In this document: positions 12,383 to 24,286 of the stretch, one piece after another
Layout: every line of letters begins with the position of its first letter
Numbering within the stretch: position 1 is the first letter of the stretch
The notes under the pieces: generated by a model
Seen by the model: the letters and a program-made list of their open reading frames with translations, nothing else
Database searches by the model: none
What the model was told of the DNA's origin: nothing
Position numbers and translations under genes: made by a program
Source of the DNA: Kondoa subrosea
Lineage: Eukaryota
Length of the DNA: 64,000 nucleotides
Assembly: GCA_039545335.1 (NCBI GenBank)
Contig: BCIN01000006.1
Span: forward strand, 806,001 to 870,000
Direction of reading: 5' to 3'

Positions 12383-14101
12383 TTACGATGAATGCAAAGT
12401 ATATTGGAAAAGCTAACAGGATTAGTCAGCAAGAAATGATGTGGGCCATGGGACAAACACACTGTAGCATTCTTGAACTCTCCATACTTGAAGTAGGTTC
12501 TACTGAGCTGAACTTTAGGATCGAAGCCATTCTTGATCACTGCCTGGTAACCGATCGCATTCTACATTCCCCATGAGTTGTTGCGCTGGAAGGAGAAGAA
12601 AGGTCAAACATACAGATGTGTGCACACCGGCAATTACGTGTTTGATACCCAGCCTTTTGATGGCTGGATGTTTAAGACATGCTCTGCTCGAAGTCAAAGG
12701 AATGAGAACAATTTGGAAGAGCACTAAATGGAAATAATACTGACCGCCAGAGAGTTTCGCCTACTCTGTTGCGCGTGAGTTCAGGTCGTAGATAGATACT
12801 CAAGCTCAGTACTCTATTCCTTCAAGTAAGCATAGCGCCTGGAATGACACATCACCGGCACGAACAAATCGAAGCGAGATCCTTCAGGCGCCATGAATGG
12901 ACCCAAATTGGCAAAACCGACAGGGTCGCCAGCTACTTCGGCAATGAATACCTGAAAGCATGTTCAATCTATCACAAAGGAACGTAAAGTGCGGCTCACT
13001 GGTAAACCAGACGACAGCAATTGACTCAAGACCAAACCCCTCTCTTCCAATGCAACAGGTGCAAAAAGATCATCCGCCTGATAGAATAATCAGCTTATTA
13101 CCACGCAGATAATGTAAGGTCTACCTCAGAGTGAAGCAGCGCGTGATTATAGACATTGGTGACTAGCTACATATCTCAGCTCAAATGACCTGCGAGGGCG
13201 AGATGGACGTACAAAAAGGTAAATCAGACTATTCAGCTGCTCTGATAACGAATGAAGGGTCCGCTAAGTTGAGCGGTAATTCATACAGACGAGGCGATAA
13301 AGGCTGTTTCAGTTCCAGCTCAGGGAAACCGAGACCTTGTACAGGCGGACTCGGTCTATTCTTCTGTCAGCGGACGTGAAAACTGAAATCCGAGCAGGAT
13401 AAGACACACGACACGGTTCGAGTGTAGATTCGCAAGCTGCAAGTACTGTTTTCAAGAGTTGCAACATCATTCAAGCTATTCAAGAGCATCATCAATGCGG
13501 AATGCGGCAATAAGAGCATACTAACGTTCCGCACAAGTGAAATTGCATCTTTTCCAGCAAGGCGATTGATGCCATATTGATATCCAAAACCGAAGCTACT
13601 GATGTTCAGTCTGAGGCGATATCACACTCGGAAAACAGCTGACCTCTGACAATGTATACTTGTCGATCCATTGTTAGCTGATGGTCGAACAGCGCTTCAA
13701 TCAATTTTTGTCCGTGACCTTTGGTTCTTGCATTGCTCTTGACATGACAGATGAGATTGACCGAGAAGCGAGTACCCGAAGCCAGAGATATACTTCGCGG
13801 GATGAGCATAGCGAAGCCTATAATCTGTGCTTTGTCTTCCTCAGTCCCGATAATATCGTCTTCTGCGGAAACAGTATCGTCTTCAGCTATCAGGCACTGC
13901 AATAGAATCAGTATGTGTGCTCATTGTCATTTGAATGCGTACTGGATAGCCATACAAGTCAGCCTTTGCTATAGCGCTCGTGTAGTGCTCTGCGGGTAAA
14001 GGCATTGCCCATAACTGGTTATCTTCTTCTATAGCTTCATTAGCTATTGCAGCGATCTTGGGCACATCTTCTGTAGTAGCATCACGTATAGAAATACGCA
14101 T
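12383..14101 (-). CDS. Tandem two-domain GNAT acetyltransferase (phosphinothricin N-acetyltransferase-like); in-frame TAG at 13229-13231 near the start of domain 2
   Basis: Domain 1: IRDATTEDVPKIAAIAN...IIGFA...ARTKGHGQKLIEAL...NMASIALLEKMQF. Linker exon, then domain 2: IRAAE*SDLPFFTNVYNHALLHSE...VGFA...SLSIYLRPELTRNRVGETL...IKHVIAG...FKYGEFKNATLFQYTLHSS*. Confidence 0.75.
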
Positions 14102-14929
14102 AGTTGCTACTGTAGCTCAAGCAAAAGAGAGGTGGGAAACAGGTTTTCACAGGCGAGCACCGCAAGTCCCTTTGACACTGCCTTATTGTAGCCAAGGGAG
14201 AGCGAGACATACACTACAGTACAGTAGCGGTTGTGCGGAATGAAGCTCACTCCTGATGAGCCAGATTGCAGGGAGATTAGAATGTACACGATTTACTCGA
14301 AACAACGAAACGGATGAGTGTAGAGCAATACAGAAGGGCAGCATCGGCATTAAGAGTACGTTGGAGCAAAGTTCACGTCGTCCATCAGTCTAAAAAAGCC
14401 TCAACAGTCCTTAATTCGAGTACAAAGAGTTTTGCTTGAAGGCGATCAAGAGGGTCGAATACGTAGGCATTCCACTTTGAAATGCGCACCAAAATTCAAC
14501 GCATGGACAGGCGCCAGACAACTGAATCGAGATCTGCTCAATTTGCAACCAGAGAAACCAAGACGGTCGAAACGGGTTAATCAAGCTATTGCAGAGCAAG
14601 ACCCGGTAGAAGGGCGGATAACAGCATTGTTGGATACTGCTGCTTTCTTTCGATCGAATCTAGTACAAGGCGTACAGAACGAGCGAGGGAATTACAGTGA
14701 GCTTCCGCTGGATCATCGAAAGTCGAACTATCACTCAAGTCTCGACATAGATCTGAAGATACGGAAAGAGACTGAATTGAAAGATAACGATACGATAAAG
14801 CAACAAAGAGCAGGACAAATGGATCCTTCGCAAAGGTGTTGTTCAGACTGAGAAACCATTCAATGTATCCAATGCAATATATCCCACACTTCTATAGCCC
14901 TTTGACCCTCCATTACTGCTCCTCACACT

Positions 14930-16573
14930 TCAACTCTTCTTCTGCGCAGGTGGATCATGTTGGTAAACTAATCGACAATTCTTGCTGTTGCAACCATGTA
15001 AAGTACCGACTTCTGAATCGCTGTATATCACGCATTTGCCGCCGCACTGATAGATGGGACAGCATTCGAGTGCCTTGTCCAGTTGTTAGCTGAATTCAAT
15101 ACCTAAGGGGAAAGCAAACTCACCAGAGAGATACGTTCAGAATGTTGCCAATAGCAGCGATGGCATCTCTGCGAGCGGAGATCAGCGAAGAAACATAAGA
15201 CCACATCATCGAATGCTCACCTGACATTTGAGAAGATCATTTGTGCCACTTGGGTTCTCGAACTTCTTCATTTCCGCATGACACTTTGACATCCCCCAAA
15301 ATCAGCTTTCCCTTACTCTGACGAATCAGAGGAACAAGAAACTCACGGACTCAACAGGACAGATTCGATCTCTAACATTTTGCACATGAGCGGTAGAATA
15401 CTTCAACGCTTCGCTTCGTTGTACTGGAGCAGAAGTTGTACTCGTATTAGGTAAACCACGCTTAGCCAGACTTTCAATCATTTGCTGTTGCGCTTGATAA
15501 GGACTCAATTTGATGCTTCCAGGAGGAGAAGCTCGATTCGAAGTTCTAGGTAAAGGTGGAAGTATAGCTAAGCGTGAAGAAGGTGGTGATCCGTTCGATT
15601 TCTTCAATGGCGGTAAAGTGACTGATTGCGAGCGATCTCGAGAAGAAGAAGAAGAAGCTTGTGTTGCCGGAAGAAACTTCGAATGCTGATGAGTGGAGCT
15701 TCCATTGCGGAGAGTCCAACCAACGGATCTGTCTTGAATCACTCCTGGTGATGACACCGATCTGCCTCTTGCGCTGCTGATCGATTCAATTGTTGATCGT
15801 TGCTGTTGATAAACAGATTCGCTTGGGTATCTAGCGGTCACCCGCTTTCCTGCTTCAGAAGGCAATGATGGTAAAGAAGCGACAGAGCGAGCATGCGAAA
15901 GAGTAGACGTGTTACTATCAATTAAGGTCAAACGAGATTCGGTTTTCTTAAACTTCAGCACTTACGAATTTGCTAAAGCGAGATGAGGTGGTTTATTAGG
16001 CCTGTCCAGAGAAGCTTGTCTAGTTTGTCCAGTAACTTCATCAGTTTCCTTCTTATTCGTCATCAAATCGGCCAGACCAGCCAACATCTCCAGCCCCTAC
16101 ATCAGAACATCAGCGATAAGGTGCATGCAAGAGAGAAAGCCACTGACCACAGAAGGTTTATCAGTCATTTGAACGTCTTCAGAAGCATTCCCTTTGTTGT
16201 CCTTGGTGTTCAACAGAACCTTTTGCCTATCAAGGTCGGATTCAAGAGTCTTCATGCTTGGTAAAGTTCGTGGTACAGCAGATGAAGAAGCTTGAGGCGG
16301 ATGAAGGAACTTGCTCGAGTTGAAACGAGAGTCTTCTTTAGATGAAAGATAAGGTCCGCTCAAAGAATAGAACGAGGGAGAAGTAGAAACTGAAGTTCGA
16401 CTTTTGCTTTTGGCTAAACCAGGCTTGGACTTGCCTGAGCTTGGTATGCTTAGAGATGAGAGTGTTCGCTTGAATGCTTGCGGAAGAGAACGATGGAAGC
16501 CCAAGTCCTTCTTGTGAAGAGGCAGTTCCACTTGTACATCGTTTGTTCGTGGGTAAGGTTGATAGCGCATCAT
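14930..16573 (-). CDS. Ser/Pro-rich low-complexity protein with two C-terminal Cys4 zinc-ribbon-like motifs
   Basis: ORFs 16097-16573 and 15326-15961 joined by an intron, then short exons giving CPVESC...LLKCQRC and CCPIYQCGG...HGCNSKNC; TGA at 14930. Confidence 0.65.
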
Positions 16574-16843
16574 AATATAAGGACAATAGCGATGTCGGTG
16601 GTATCAGAAAGAGAAGGGAAGAAGGCAAAAGGGGGAGTTCGTTGAATCAGAAGTTTAGATGATTGCTTCTGTTTCTCAACCCAACCTTGAAAGGGTACTT
16701 TCTTCTGAAGGAAGGGACTTTCCAGAAGCGTCTTCAGAATCTTCAGTGCTCCTAATCTTGTCCTTTAACTCGTGATGTCACATAGAGCAGCAGATCGGAG
16801 TACCCCTGAAGTCGACATCTCTTCTATCTCATTTCGACATCCA

Positions 16844-17377
16844 TTACATCAGACCTGAATCCGTTCCAGCTCGCCAACAAGCCATTTTCCACCTAAGTCT
16901 TCTCATCGCAGCTTTCGCAGAAGGCCAAACCAGACCAAATTGTCCTCTTATAAATTGCGAGTGATATTTCCTGTACTCAGGCTGATGCTGATCTGACCAA
17001 AGTCTGTCGAAATCGTCTTCGGGCATCCCACTGTGCGATTTAGCAGCTTCGTAGCGCGTATTGATGCTGGCCCAGAACCTCTCCGAAAGCTGTTCATGTT
17101 GATGAAGCATCAGGCGGTAGTGTAAGTCTTCCGCTATCAGGTTCTCGCGCAGCTCGATCAGACGACGAGGCAGATTTGCTGAGACATGCAGCTCATCAAG
17201 AGAGTAAGGATGGATTTGCTTGCCAGGCAAACTTCTGGCTTCGAGCGGAAACAACGGTGCGAAAAGGACAGGTCGTAGGTTGGACATCTGGCTAGCAGGG
17301 CCTACGAGATCGGTATGCTTTGTTATCGAGGGTATCTGCCTGCGACTTCGAGATATAGCTTTTGACATGATGGTCAC
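16844..17377 (-). CDS. COA8: Cytochrome c oxidase assembly factor 8 (APOPT1/DUF2315 family)
   Basis: DLVGPASQMSNLRPV, FWASINTRY and the aromatic C-terminal helix match the COA8/APOPT1 pattern; basic N-terminus resembles a mitochondrial presequence; intronless. Confidence 0.75.
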   Translation of the reverse strand: MTIMSKAISRSRRQIPSITKHTDLVGPASQMSNLRPVLFAPLFPLEARSLPGKQIHPYSLDELHVSANLPRRLIELRENLIAEDLHYRLMLHQHEQLSERFWASINTRYEAAKSHSGMPEDDFDRLWSDQHQPEYRKYHSQFIRGQFGLVWPSAKAAMRRLRWKMACWRAGTDSGLM

Positions 17378-17500
17378 GAGTCAAGCGGTTTGCGAAAACT
17401 GGCTCGAAGTCTAGCAATACTACCGAGAGTCGTGTCATCATACATACTGGAAACCCACTCGAAACCCAAAACACTTAGTCATGTCAATACCTTTTCCAGC

Positions 17501-18442
17501 CTAGGACGACAATCCATTGCTGCAGTACAGACTTTTGTAGATCGAGGCAGGGCAAGCAGAGTTGGTTCCCTCGAGAAGACCAGTGCTAGGATTGTAATTG
17601 CCTGAAGAACATCTATGGTCAAGCTGGGTGTTCCTAATCAATGAAAGCAAACCTACAGAAGAGGTCAAGGTTTCCAGCTCGAGCATCGTCTTCAGAGGCC
17701 GAGTATCTACAATAGGCGGCTGCGAAGCTATGAATGCAGAAAAGGGCTTCATTAGCATCTTTTTGCTCATAATTGTGCGCGAATGCCCAAACTCACTTTG
17801 GAAACACGAAGAGTTGAGAGTTTCCGAACCATTGGCCACTTCCTCCCTGTGTCCTTCTTGGACAAATAGAATAACAGTATTTACCAGTACTGGATGATGC
17901 ATCAAGTTGAGTTGCTAAACTAAAACATATGGCCGGTTGATTTGCCCTGAGCGCGCCAGAATCTTCCTGTGTTATCATGAGCAAGCAAAACCAATTGCAG
18001 ACGAGATCACACACGTCGTATACGCAGGAAGTGCTAATGGTTTGATCCAGCGTTATGTAATCACATTTAAGCGAACTGAGACCGTCGGTCTTTGCTGTTC
18101 TTGTAGCCGATAGAACATTGTCTTCGCAGTACCTCAGCCTTCCTGAAGAGATGCAAGATCGGCAAGCACAAACTTGTGTAGCCAGTTGGAGGTGCAGGAC
18201 AATCCTAATCATCACGCTACATGTTAAGTAAGTTTCAAAAGCTCGAGTCTAAATCTTACCACATATTTGAGTGGGGTGATACCGGGAACCGTTGAAGACT
18301 GCGCTTGACGAGCGCTGAGACGTTAAGTGGTGCCCATTCGAATTTCGCGAGCGTTGACTTGACGCTTAGCGATGACTTCAGTCAAAGGAGCAGCAGCAGC
18401 CAAAAGAGCCGAGCAAGCAGTGAGCAGAATAGCTATCTTCAT
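17501..18442 (-). CDS. Small secreted cysteine-rich protein with two internal CP...CxY...CxYxxxxGxL...C repeats
   Basis: Signal peptide MKIAILLTACSALLAAAAP followed by KR; spliced CPAPP...LKCDY...SCVYDEDSGAL...IC and CPRR...YCRY...FCNYNPSTGLL...ACP. The first splice junction is ambiguous. Confidence 0.7.
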
Positions 18443-19101
18443 TCTTGTAGTCTTGTGAGTGATAAAGGAGTGTGATATGTCAAAGAATTTGAGGTGGTAT
18501 TTCAAACAAGGGATTGGCCGAATTGAATTGCGGAAAGAGAGAGGAAGAAGAAGTCAAGCAGCGAGACTCAACTTGACACAAAGCGAGAAAAACAAACAGC
18601 GGAAACGGGAAGGAGGTCTACGCCGGTCGTGTCGTGGGCTTCAAAGTTTACAGTAACCATCCTGGCAAAGCGAAAGCCATATGCAGCAGTACTGTGGCAG
18701 AGCGCAGAAGCGTGGAAGACCCTATTCGCAATTCGGCTTTCTCGAATACATGGCTGCGTGAAGGACCGGATTGAACGACAAAAGCAACAAGTCCTCATGA
18801 TCCGAAGCTATCAGCAGTTCAGAGGCGGCATGCAGTCCGTCAAGTTCGCACACCGTGAGTGTCGGTTTCGAACCAACCTTGTCGCCAAACGTTTCGAAGG
18901 CATGCCGAGGGCATGCCTTTTGAAATGCGCCTTTCAGGACGCGCGGTAGACTGTGCATCGCGGTCTCGGTTTGACCTTCTAGCCTAGCCTGAGCCTTCTC
19001 TTGGACAGTCAAACTCATAATATGGTTGCATGTACCTTTTTTTCCCTGCTCTTTAATTCTTCCTCTTCTCTTCTCATCTTCTCTTCTCTCAATCTCTCGC
19101 A

Positions 19102-19701
19102 ATGGCTCCTTCTCTTCGTTTCTGGCGCAAAAAGTCTGCTTACGCGATCTACTGTCCCTCGACGCGAACTTTCTATATTTCTGACATCAAGGCTTACCTT
19201 AGCTTGGAAGAAGTATCTGTCAATCGAAGACTGTCCGCCTATATCTTGCAACAGCTATGCGAGAAGTACGAGTCGCCAAAATTGTTGATTCAAATTGCCA
19301 TGTGGAGACAGCTCAATCTATACTATACGCGCATTGAGCAAGTAAAGAGTGTTCAAGGTCGTCATCCAATTATCGTGCGTCTTCCTGTACTGCTGCATTA
19401 AATTGATTACTTACTGTTTGCGTAGTCGGACAAAGCAAGACCTTTCATTCGAGTTGTGAAAGATCACCGTCGTCGTAGAGTGCGTTACATCAAGCCCGAC
19501 TACGAAGGACTTCTACTTCAAGCTGCTCGACTGGAATCAATGGAAGCGGATACAGGTGCAACGGTAAAAGAATGGTAGCTGTCGGAGGAATGTCATGTCG
19601 CGTTTAATAATCCTCAAGTGAGTTATATCTCCCTAATAGTAGGGATTGGCACTGATTATAGGCTTTAGGCTTTCATGTCGCGTGGCACCATTTGGATTTG
19701 A
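19102..19701 (+). CDS. Uncharacterised protein, family member B; premature TAG at 19576-19578 (possible pseudogene)
   Basis: MAPSLRFWR...TRTFYISDIK...IAMWRQL...|SDKARPFIR...PDYEGLLLQAARLESM...VKEW*LSEE...NPQ|AFMSRG; clear paralog of 22336. Confidence 0.7.
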
Positions 19702-20148
19702 GGGAAGACAAGAAGGGAGCGCTAGGATACTATGTGAACTTGATGAATCTTTGGCAGTAGATACAGTAATACAATATTAGCTTGCGTAAGTGGTTTGCAT
19801 GCATGTTTCATGGGGACTCTGTCTACAAGCAGCGGCATTAATCTACCGTATTGCTGTGACCTGATCTTAAGCGACGGCTCATGTTCTTCTGTGCCCTCGT
19901 GCATCGGTAGCGGCGCGCCTTGCAGAGCAAATTCGGAAGGCTTCCTTGCTACCGTTATCGGCTCTTATCAGAACCCCGCGTTTCGCGTTGCCGACGCTTG
20001 AGTCATGCATGAAGAATTCAGCCCTCGCTTCTTGGCTCTATCTCTATTTCTACTGTATCCCGCTGTGCTGATAACGACCACTACATTGTCGACATATAAA
20101 CGCTCTGTCTTTGCCTCTTGCGTCTCTCAACAACACCTTTGATTGAAC

Positions 20149-22121
20149 ATGGCTAAACCAACTCTTCCCGTTCCCAACCCCTCGCTTAGTTACTGGTCAG
20201 CTTTTGTATGAGCAGGATTCAATACGGCCTGTTTATGCAATCTGATGCAGGCTAGCACATCATAAAGCAACACCGATTGCCAATATCCAGACTTCGGCGG
20301 ACTTGCCCAAAGACGCAGATGTAGTAGTTATCGGCTCAGGCTTGTCGGGCTCTGCAACAGCGTACTTCCTACTGAAGCAGAGTAAGAAGCCGATCAAGGT
20401 GGTCTTGTTGGAAGGTGTGCAAATTGCATGTTATCCGACTATATTCCACCATGCTTATCATTCGATAGCGAGAAACATATGTTCTGGCGCGACAGGAAGG
20501 TATGCCAAGTATCTGTTTGACTATGTTAAATCATGCTTATCGAAACTGAAGAAATGGGGGACAGTGAGTAAAGTCTGTTCCGTCATCAACTGAGGCTAAA
20601 GTACACTGCTAGTTGCCGACCAGACTGCTACAGGTCGTACTCCGATTACAAAGCAGAATTCGGCAAAGAGCAAGCGCTCAAACTCATTCAGACTGAGATG
20701 GATACGTCAGTGTAGGCGTCGATTTTCCGCTCTGCTTACTGAGCCTCGAATATAGCCTCAATCTGGTTCAGAAACTGATCGAAGACGAAGGTATCGCTGC
20801 GGATTTCTGGAGAGGAGAATCGCTGGACTGCGCGTTGGATCAAACCGTGGTCAAAAGATGGAAGAACTCTCTTGACGAATTCGAACGAGATGGCGGTGAT
20901 ATTAGTATGATCAAGTGGATCTCGGACCCAAAAGAAGCCGAAAAGGTAAACGGCTTGTATTTGGTATACCATATGAGCTAATAATGTGTGCAGATATCCC
21001 GACTACCCGGCTCGCAAGGCCTAGCTATCTTTCCGGCTGCATCACTCTGGCCCTATCGTTTGGTTGAAGGATTGTTGAAAGCAAGCATCAAGAAAGGCTT
21101 ACATGTGCATAGTTGGACTCCGGCTACTTCTGTTGAAACGAGCGGCTCGGGTGTTGTGATCAAGACACCCCGAGGTAATATCTCTGCTGCAAAGGTCGTC
21201 TATGCTACAGAAGCCTTCACTTCGACTCTTCTGTCCGATTTCAAAGGCACCATTGCTCCTTGGAGGCAAACATGTGTAAGCTCTACGCTCTGACAACAAT
21301 CGTGATCCGCTTAGGCTCCTCTGTCAGGCTGCAATTACACCTACAAAGGCATTCTCGGGGAAAGACTCTTTCAAATATACTATGGGAACAGATTGGTAAG
21401 TAAAGATTGTATATGTCACCAACTCTATTCACTGATATCCACGCGTCTCTATGACAGGGCCGAGTCAAAAGAGGACTTCGATTACCTGATTCAGGTTGGT
21501 TTCAGACAAACACACTATGAGCGAGCTGACATGTCAATGATAGCGACCTTCTGACGGAACCATTATCTTCGGCGGTGGAGCTGCTCATGCTACAATAGGA
21601 CAGATCGGCGAAACAGACGACAGCGTTGTAGACAAAGGCATCGAGAAATACTTGGCTGGAGCGATTCGAAAATTCGCAGGTTGGGGTGACGAAGCAGTCG
21701 GCGAAGGGCTTTTCAGATGCTGGAGCGGCATACAAGCTTACACACACGAACTGATACCGTTCGTTGGCGCATTGGAAAACAAAAAGGGTCAATACATTCT
21801 TGCTGGAAATTCAGGGTAAGCTGTCTTTATGATTCCAGACATTGTTCTGATATTCGCTGGAATAGTCATGGGATGGCAAGAATTGCTAGTACGCTATTCT
21901 TTGATGGATACTGATGCCGAAGCTAATGTCGACGAACAGTGGCCGCTCAAGGTCTATCTCACCTAATTCTGACTGGGCAATGGGACAAGCGCATTCCAGA
22001 GTGCTATCAACCTACTAAAGCACGTCTTACAAAGCGCAACTACACAGTCGAACACTTTTTGGGCAAAGAGGGATCACCATACGCGTTCCGACAACCGGGC
22101 GTCCGAGAGTCAAAGCTGTGA
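20149..22121 (+). CDS. FAD-dependent oxidoreductase (DAO family), probably peroxisomal
   Basis: LPVPNPSLSYW; DVVVIGSGLSG Rossmann motif; CSGATGRNGG; LWPYRLV; WSGIQAYT; GHGMARI; C-terminal SKL (PTS1). Many introns. Confidence 0.9.
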
Positions 22122-22335
22122 GCCGCCCTGTCATATGACTTAGAGATGTACAGGAATTGCTGCGAATTACGCGTTGTCCTCATCGACTTAGTCATTTCTT
22201 TCGACTCAGTCCAAGCGTTTCTGGACCGTCAGGGTCAGAATCTGTTTTTTTTGACCTAGTGACTGTCTTTACCTCGCGCGTTTTCTTCTTGTTCCTCTTC
22301 TTCCTATTACACATCTTCCTTCATTATTTCATACG

Positions 22336-22982
22336 ATGGCTTCATCAATTCTTTTTTGGCGCCCGAAAGTGAAAGATCATTACGTGACATACAGCTCTCG
22401 ACGCGAAACCTTCTACCTCTCTGAATACAAAATCCACATTCATGAAATCCATGTCCTTGCAACATTGGATATGTCAGAACAAAATATTGACCGACTGTCA
22501 GAAGAGATTGCTACTCCTGCTAATCGTGTTCAACTAGCTATGGTGAGTTGTCGAGATCTCTTATACGCGATCTTTATTTACAGAGGTCTCGTAGTGGAGA
22601 CAATTGCATACTTACTTCTCGTGGATACTTGAAGCAACTGAAATCAAAGGTCGCCATATAATCATGGTCAGTGTCTGATCTAGCGAATTCTGATACATCG
22701 ACTGATTCGTTCAAGCAGTCAGACAAAGAAAGACCCTTCATTCGTGCCGCCCCGAAGAAGAACTTCTTTTTACCCAATCATGAGGGTTTATTGCTTCAAG
22801 CTGCGCGTATTGAGTCGATGCGGTCTGGGACTGGGGACGAAGTCAAAGAGTGGTTACTCTTGCATTCAGCTGAGGCATTTGCTGATCCCATGGTAAGTTT
22901 TCATTCGTGTCTTGTTGCAACAAGCATGTCTTATTGAGTTCGACAGTACTTTATGTGTTTCGGATTATCAGAGAAGAATTGA
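22336..22982 (+). CDS. Uncharacterised protein, family member C (apparently intact)
   Basis: MASSILFWR...TYSSRRETFYL...QLAM|WRQL...|SDKERPFIR...PNHEGLLLQAARIESM...EVKEWLL...DPM|YFMCFG...*. Confidence 0.75.
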
Positions 22983-23100
22983 AGGCTTTCGGAAACAGGG
23001 GTAGAGAAACCGCATGGGATGCAAACATATGATGCTAGATAACTGGTCTAAACTCATACATTCATACATACAATATCATATTCACACTGTCTACCCTACA

Positions 23101-24286
23101 TCACAACTCGCTGAACCTTCCCATGTCCTCTGTTCCCGCTTTGATCTTCCGCATCAATAGCATTGCAATAGCACATAAGCAAATCACAATTAACCGATCC
23201 GGCCATTTTGGTACAGGTGGTCTTTGAGCTGCAATTCTAGGCGAAGGAGCAGTGATTTGTACAGTCGGAATAGGTCTTGGCCTAATTTCTGATGGTATAG
23301 ACTGACCCTGAGGCTGAGGCTGAGGCTGAGGTTGATGTTGCAGTATATTCTTTTGCTCTTGTAATCTTCTAGCAGCCCATGCATGCATATTTTCCATCGC
23401 TTCGTCCCTCTCGACTACTGGCGGCTTCGTCGCTTTGGGTTCTTCTACCGTCTTCAACAGTTCTTCTACTTTCGCTTGTTCCTCTACTTTCTTCTCGCTA
23501 GATGCAACCTCAGATTGAGGTGCATCAGCAGGAACCAGATCTTTGTTCTTCACTCCGCAAGTGGGACAAGTCCATTCGCCCGATAGTTTAGCTAAACGTT
23601 TCCTTTCTTCAGGCGGTGCATCTAATCCTCCAATAGCTCCTTTCGCCTGTTCAGTCTGATCAGCTGGCCCTGTAGTGGAAGAAGACAGAAATGTACCTCT
23701 GTTGTAAAGAACGCTATGAGAGCCATTAAAGCTGTCCGAACACCCCAAGATGGTTGCCAAGATTCAGCATGGAAGGAAGTAATAGTTAAGCAGATCTTCC
23801 TATTGAGCTCAAATCGCCCATTTGGTGTTAAGAGGATCACATCGGGGGGTTTCTGAGATATTCGATATATCAGCTGATAGCCTTTCATCATCAAAGGCAG
23901 ACTTACCAGTGGATATTCTGCCGGTAGCTTTCGTGGTGGTCAGCTTGGATAGAAGGACAGATAAGTAGAGCATACTATTATTCGACCATGATAGATCCCG
24001 CCTAAACTCTCAAATCAGCTTATTCATCGATTCCAAGGACATCACAAGCGTACCAGCAAAGTCAGCATCAGGTACTTTGATAGTGAAATGCCATTCAAAC
24101 AGCTCATCCTGTTCAATCACCCCTTCGACGATCAGCTAAGAACAAAAGACTTATTGAATAGGCGCAACGGACATCTAAAGGAGCAGCATGGAATTCTGTG
24201 ATTGTCACATCTGCTGCTATCTCTTTGGCCTCTTGCAAGATTCGACGGACAGATCCACTTCGAGTCGAGAATCCTTTCGAGGTCAT
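23101..24286 (-). CDS. UBC6: ER-anchored ubiquitin-conjugating enzyme E2 (Ubc6/UBE2J type)
   Basis: VRRILQEA; LFEWHFT; GIYHGRI; PPDVILLTPNGRFELNRKICLTITSFHAESWQPSWGVRTAL; C-terminal transmembrane segment LIVICLCAIAMLL. Confidence 0.92.

Noticed and set aside
14248..14320. Hammerhead-ribozyme-like CTGATGAG...GAAA with CACTC/GAGTG pairing
   Set aside because: Stem II does not pair before either GAAA, and there is no stem III or NUH cleavage triplet.
14432..14851. 139-aa plus-strand ORF
   Set aside because: Non-ATG start, no recognisable motif or splice structure; it lies in the upstream region of the GNAT gene.
23308..23331. (CTGAGG)n tandem repeat
   Set aside because: It encodes a QPQPQP linker in UBC6, an ordinary coding microsatellite rather than a CRISPR-like array.
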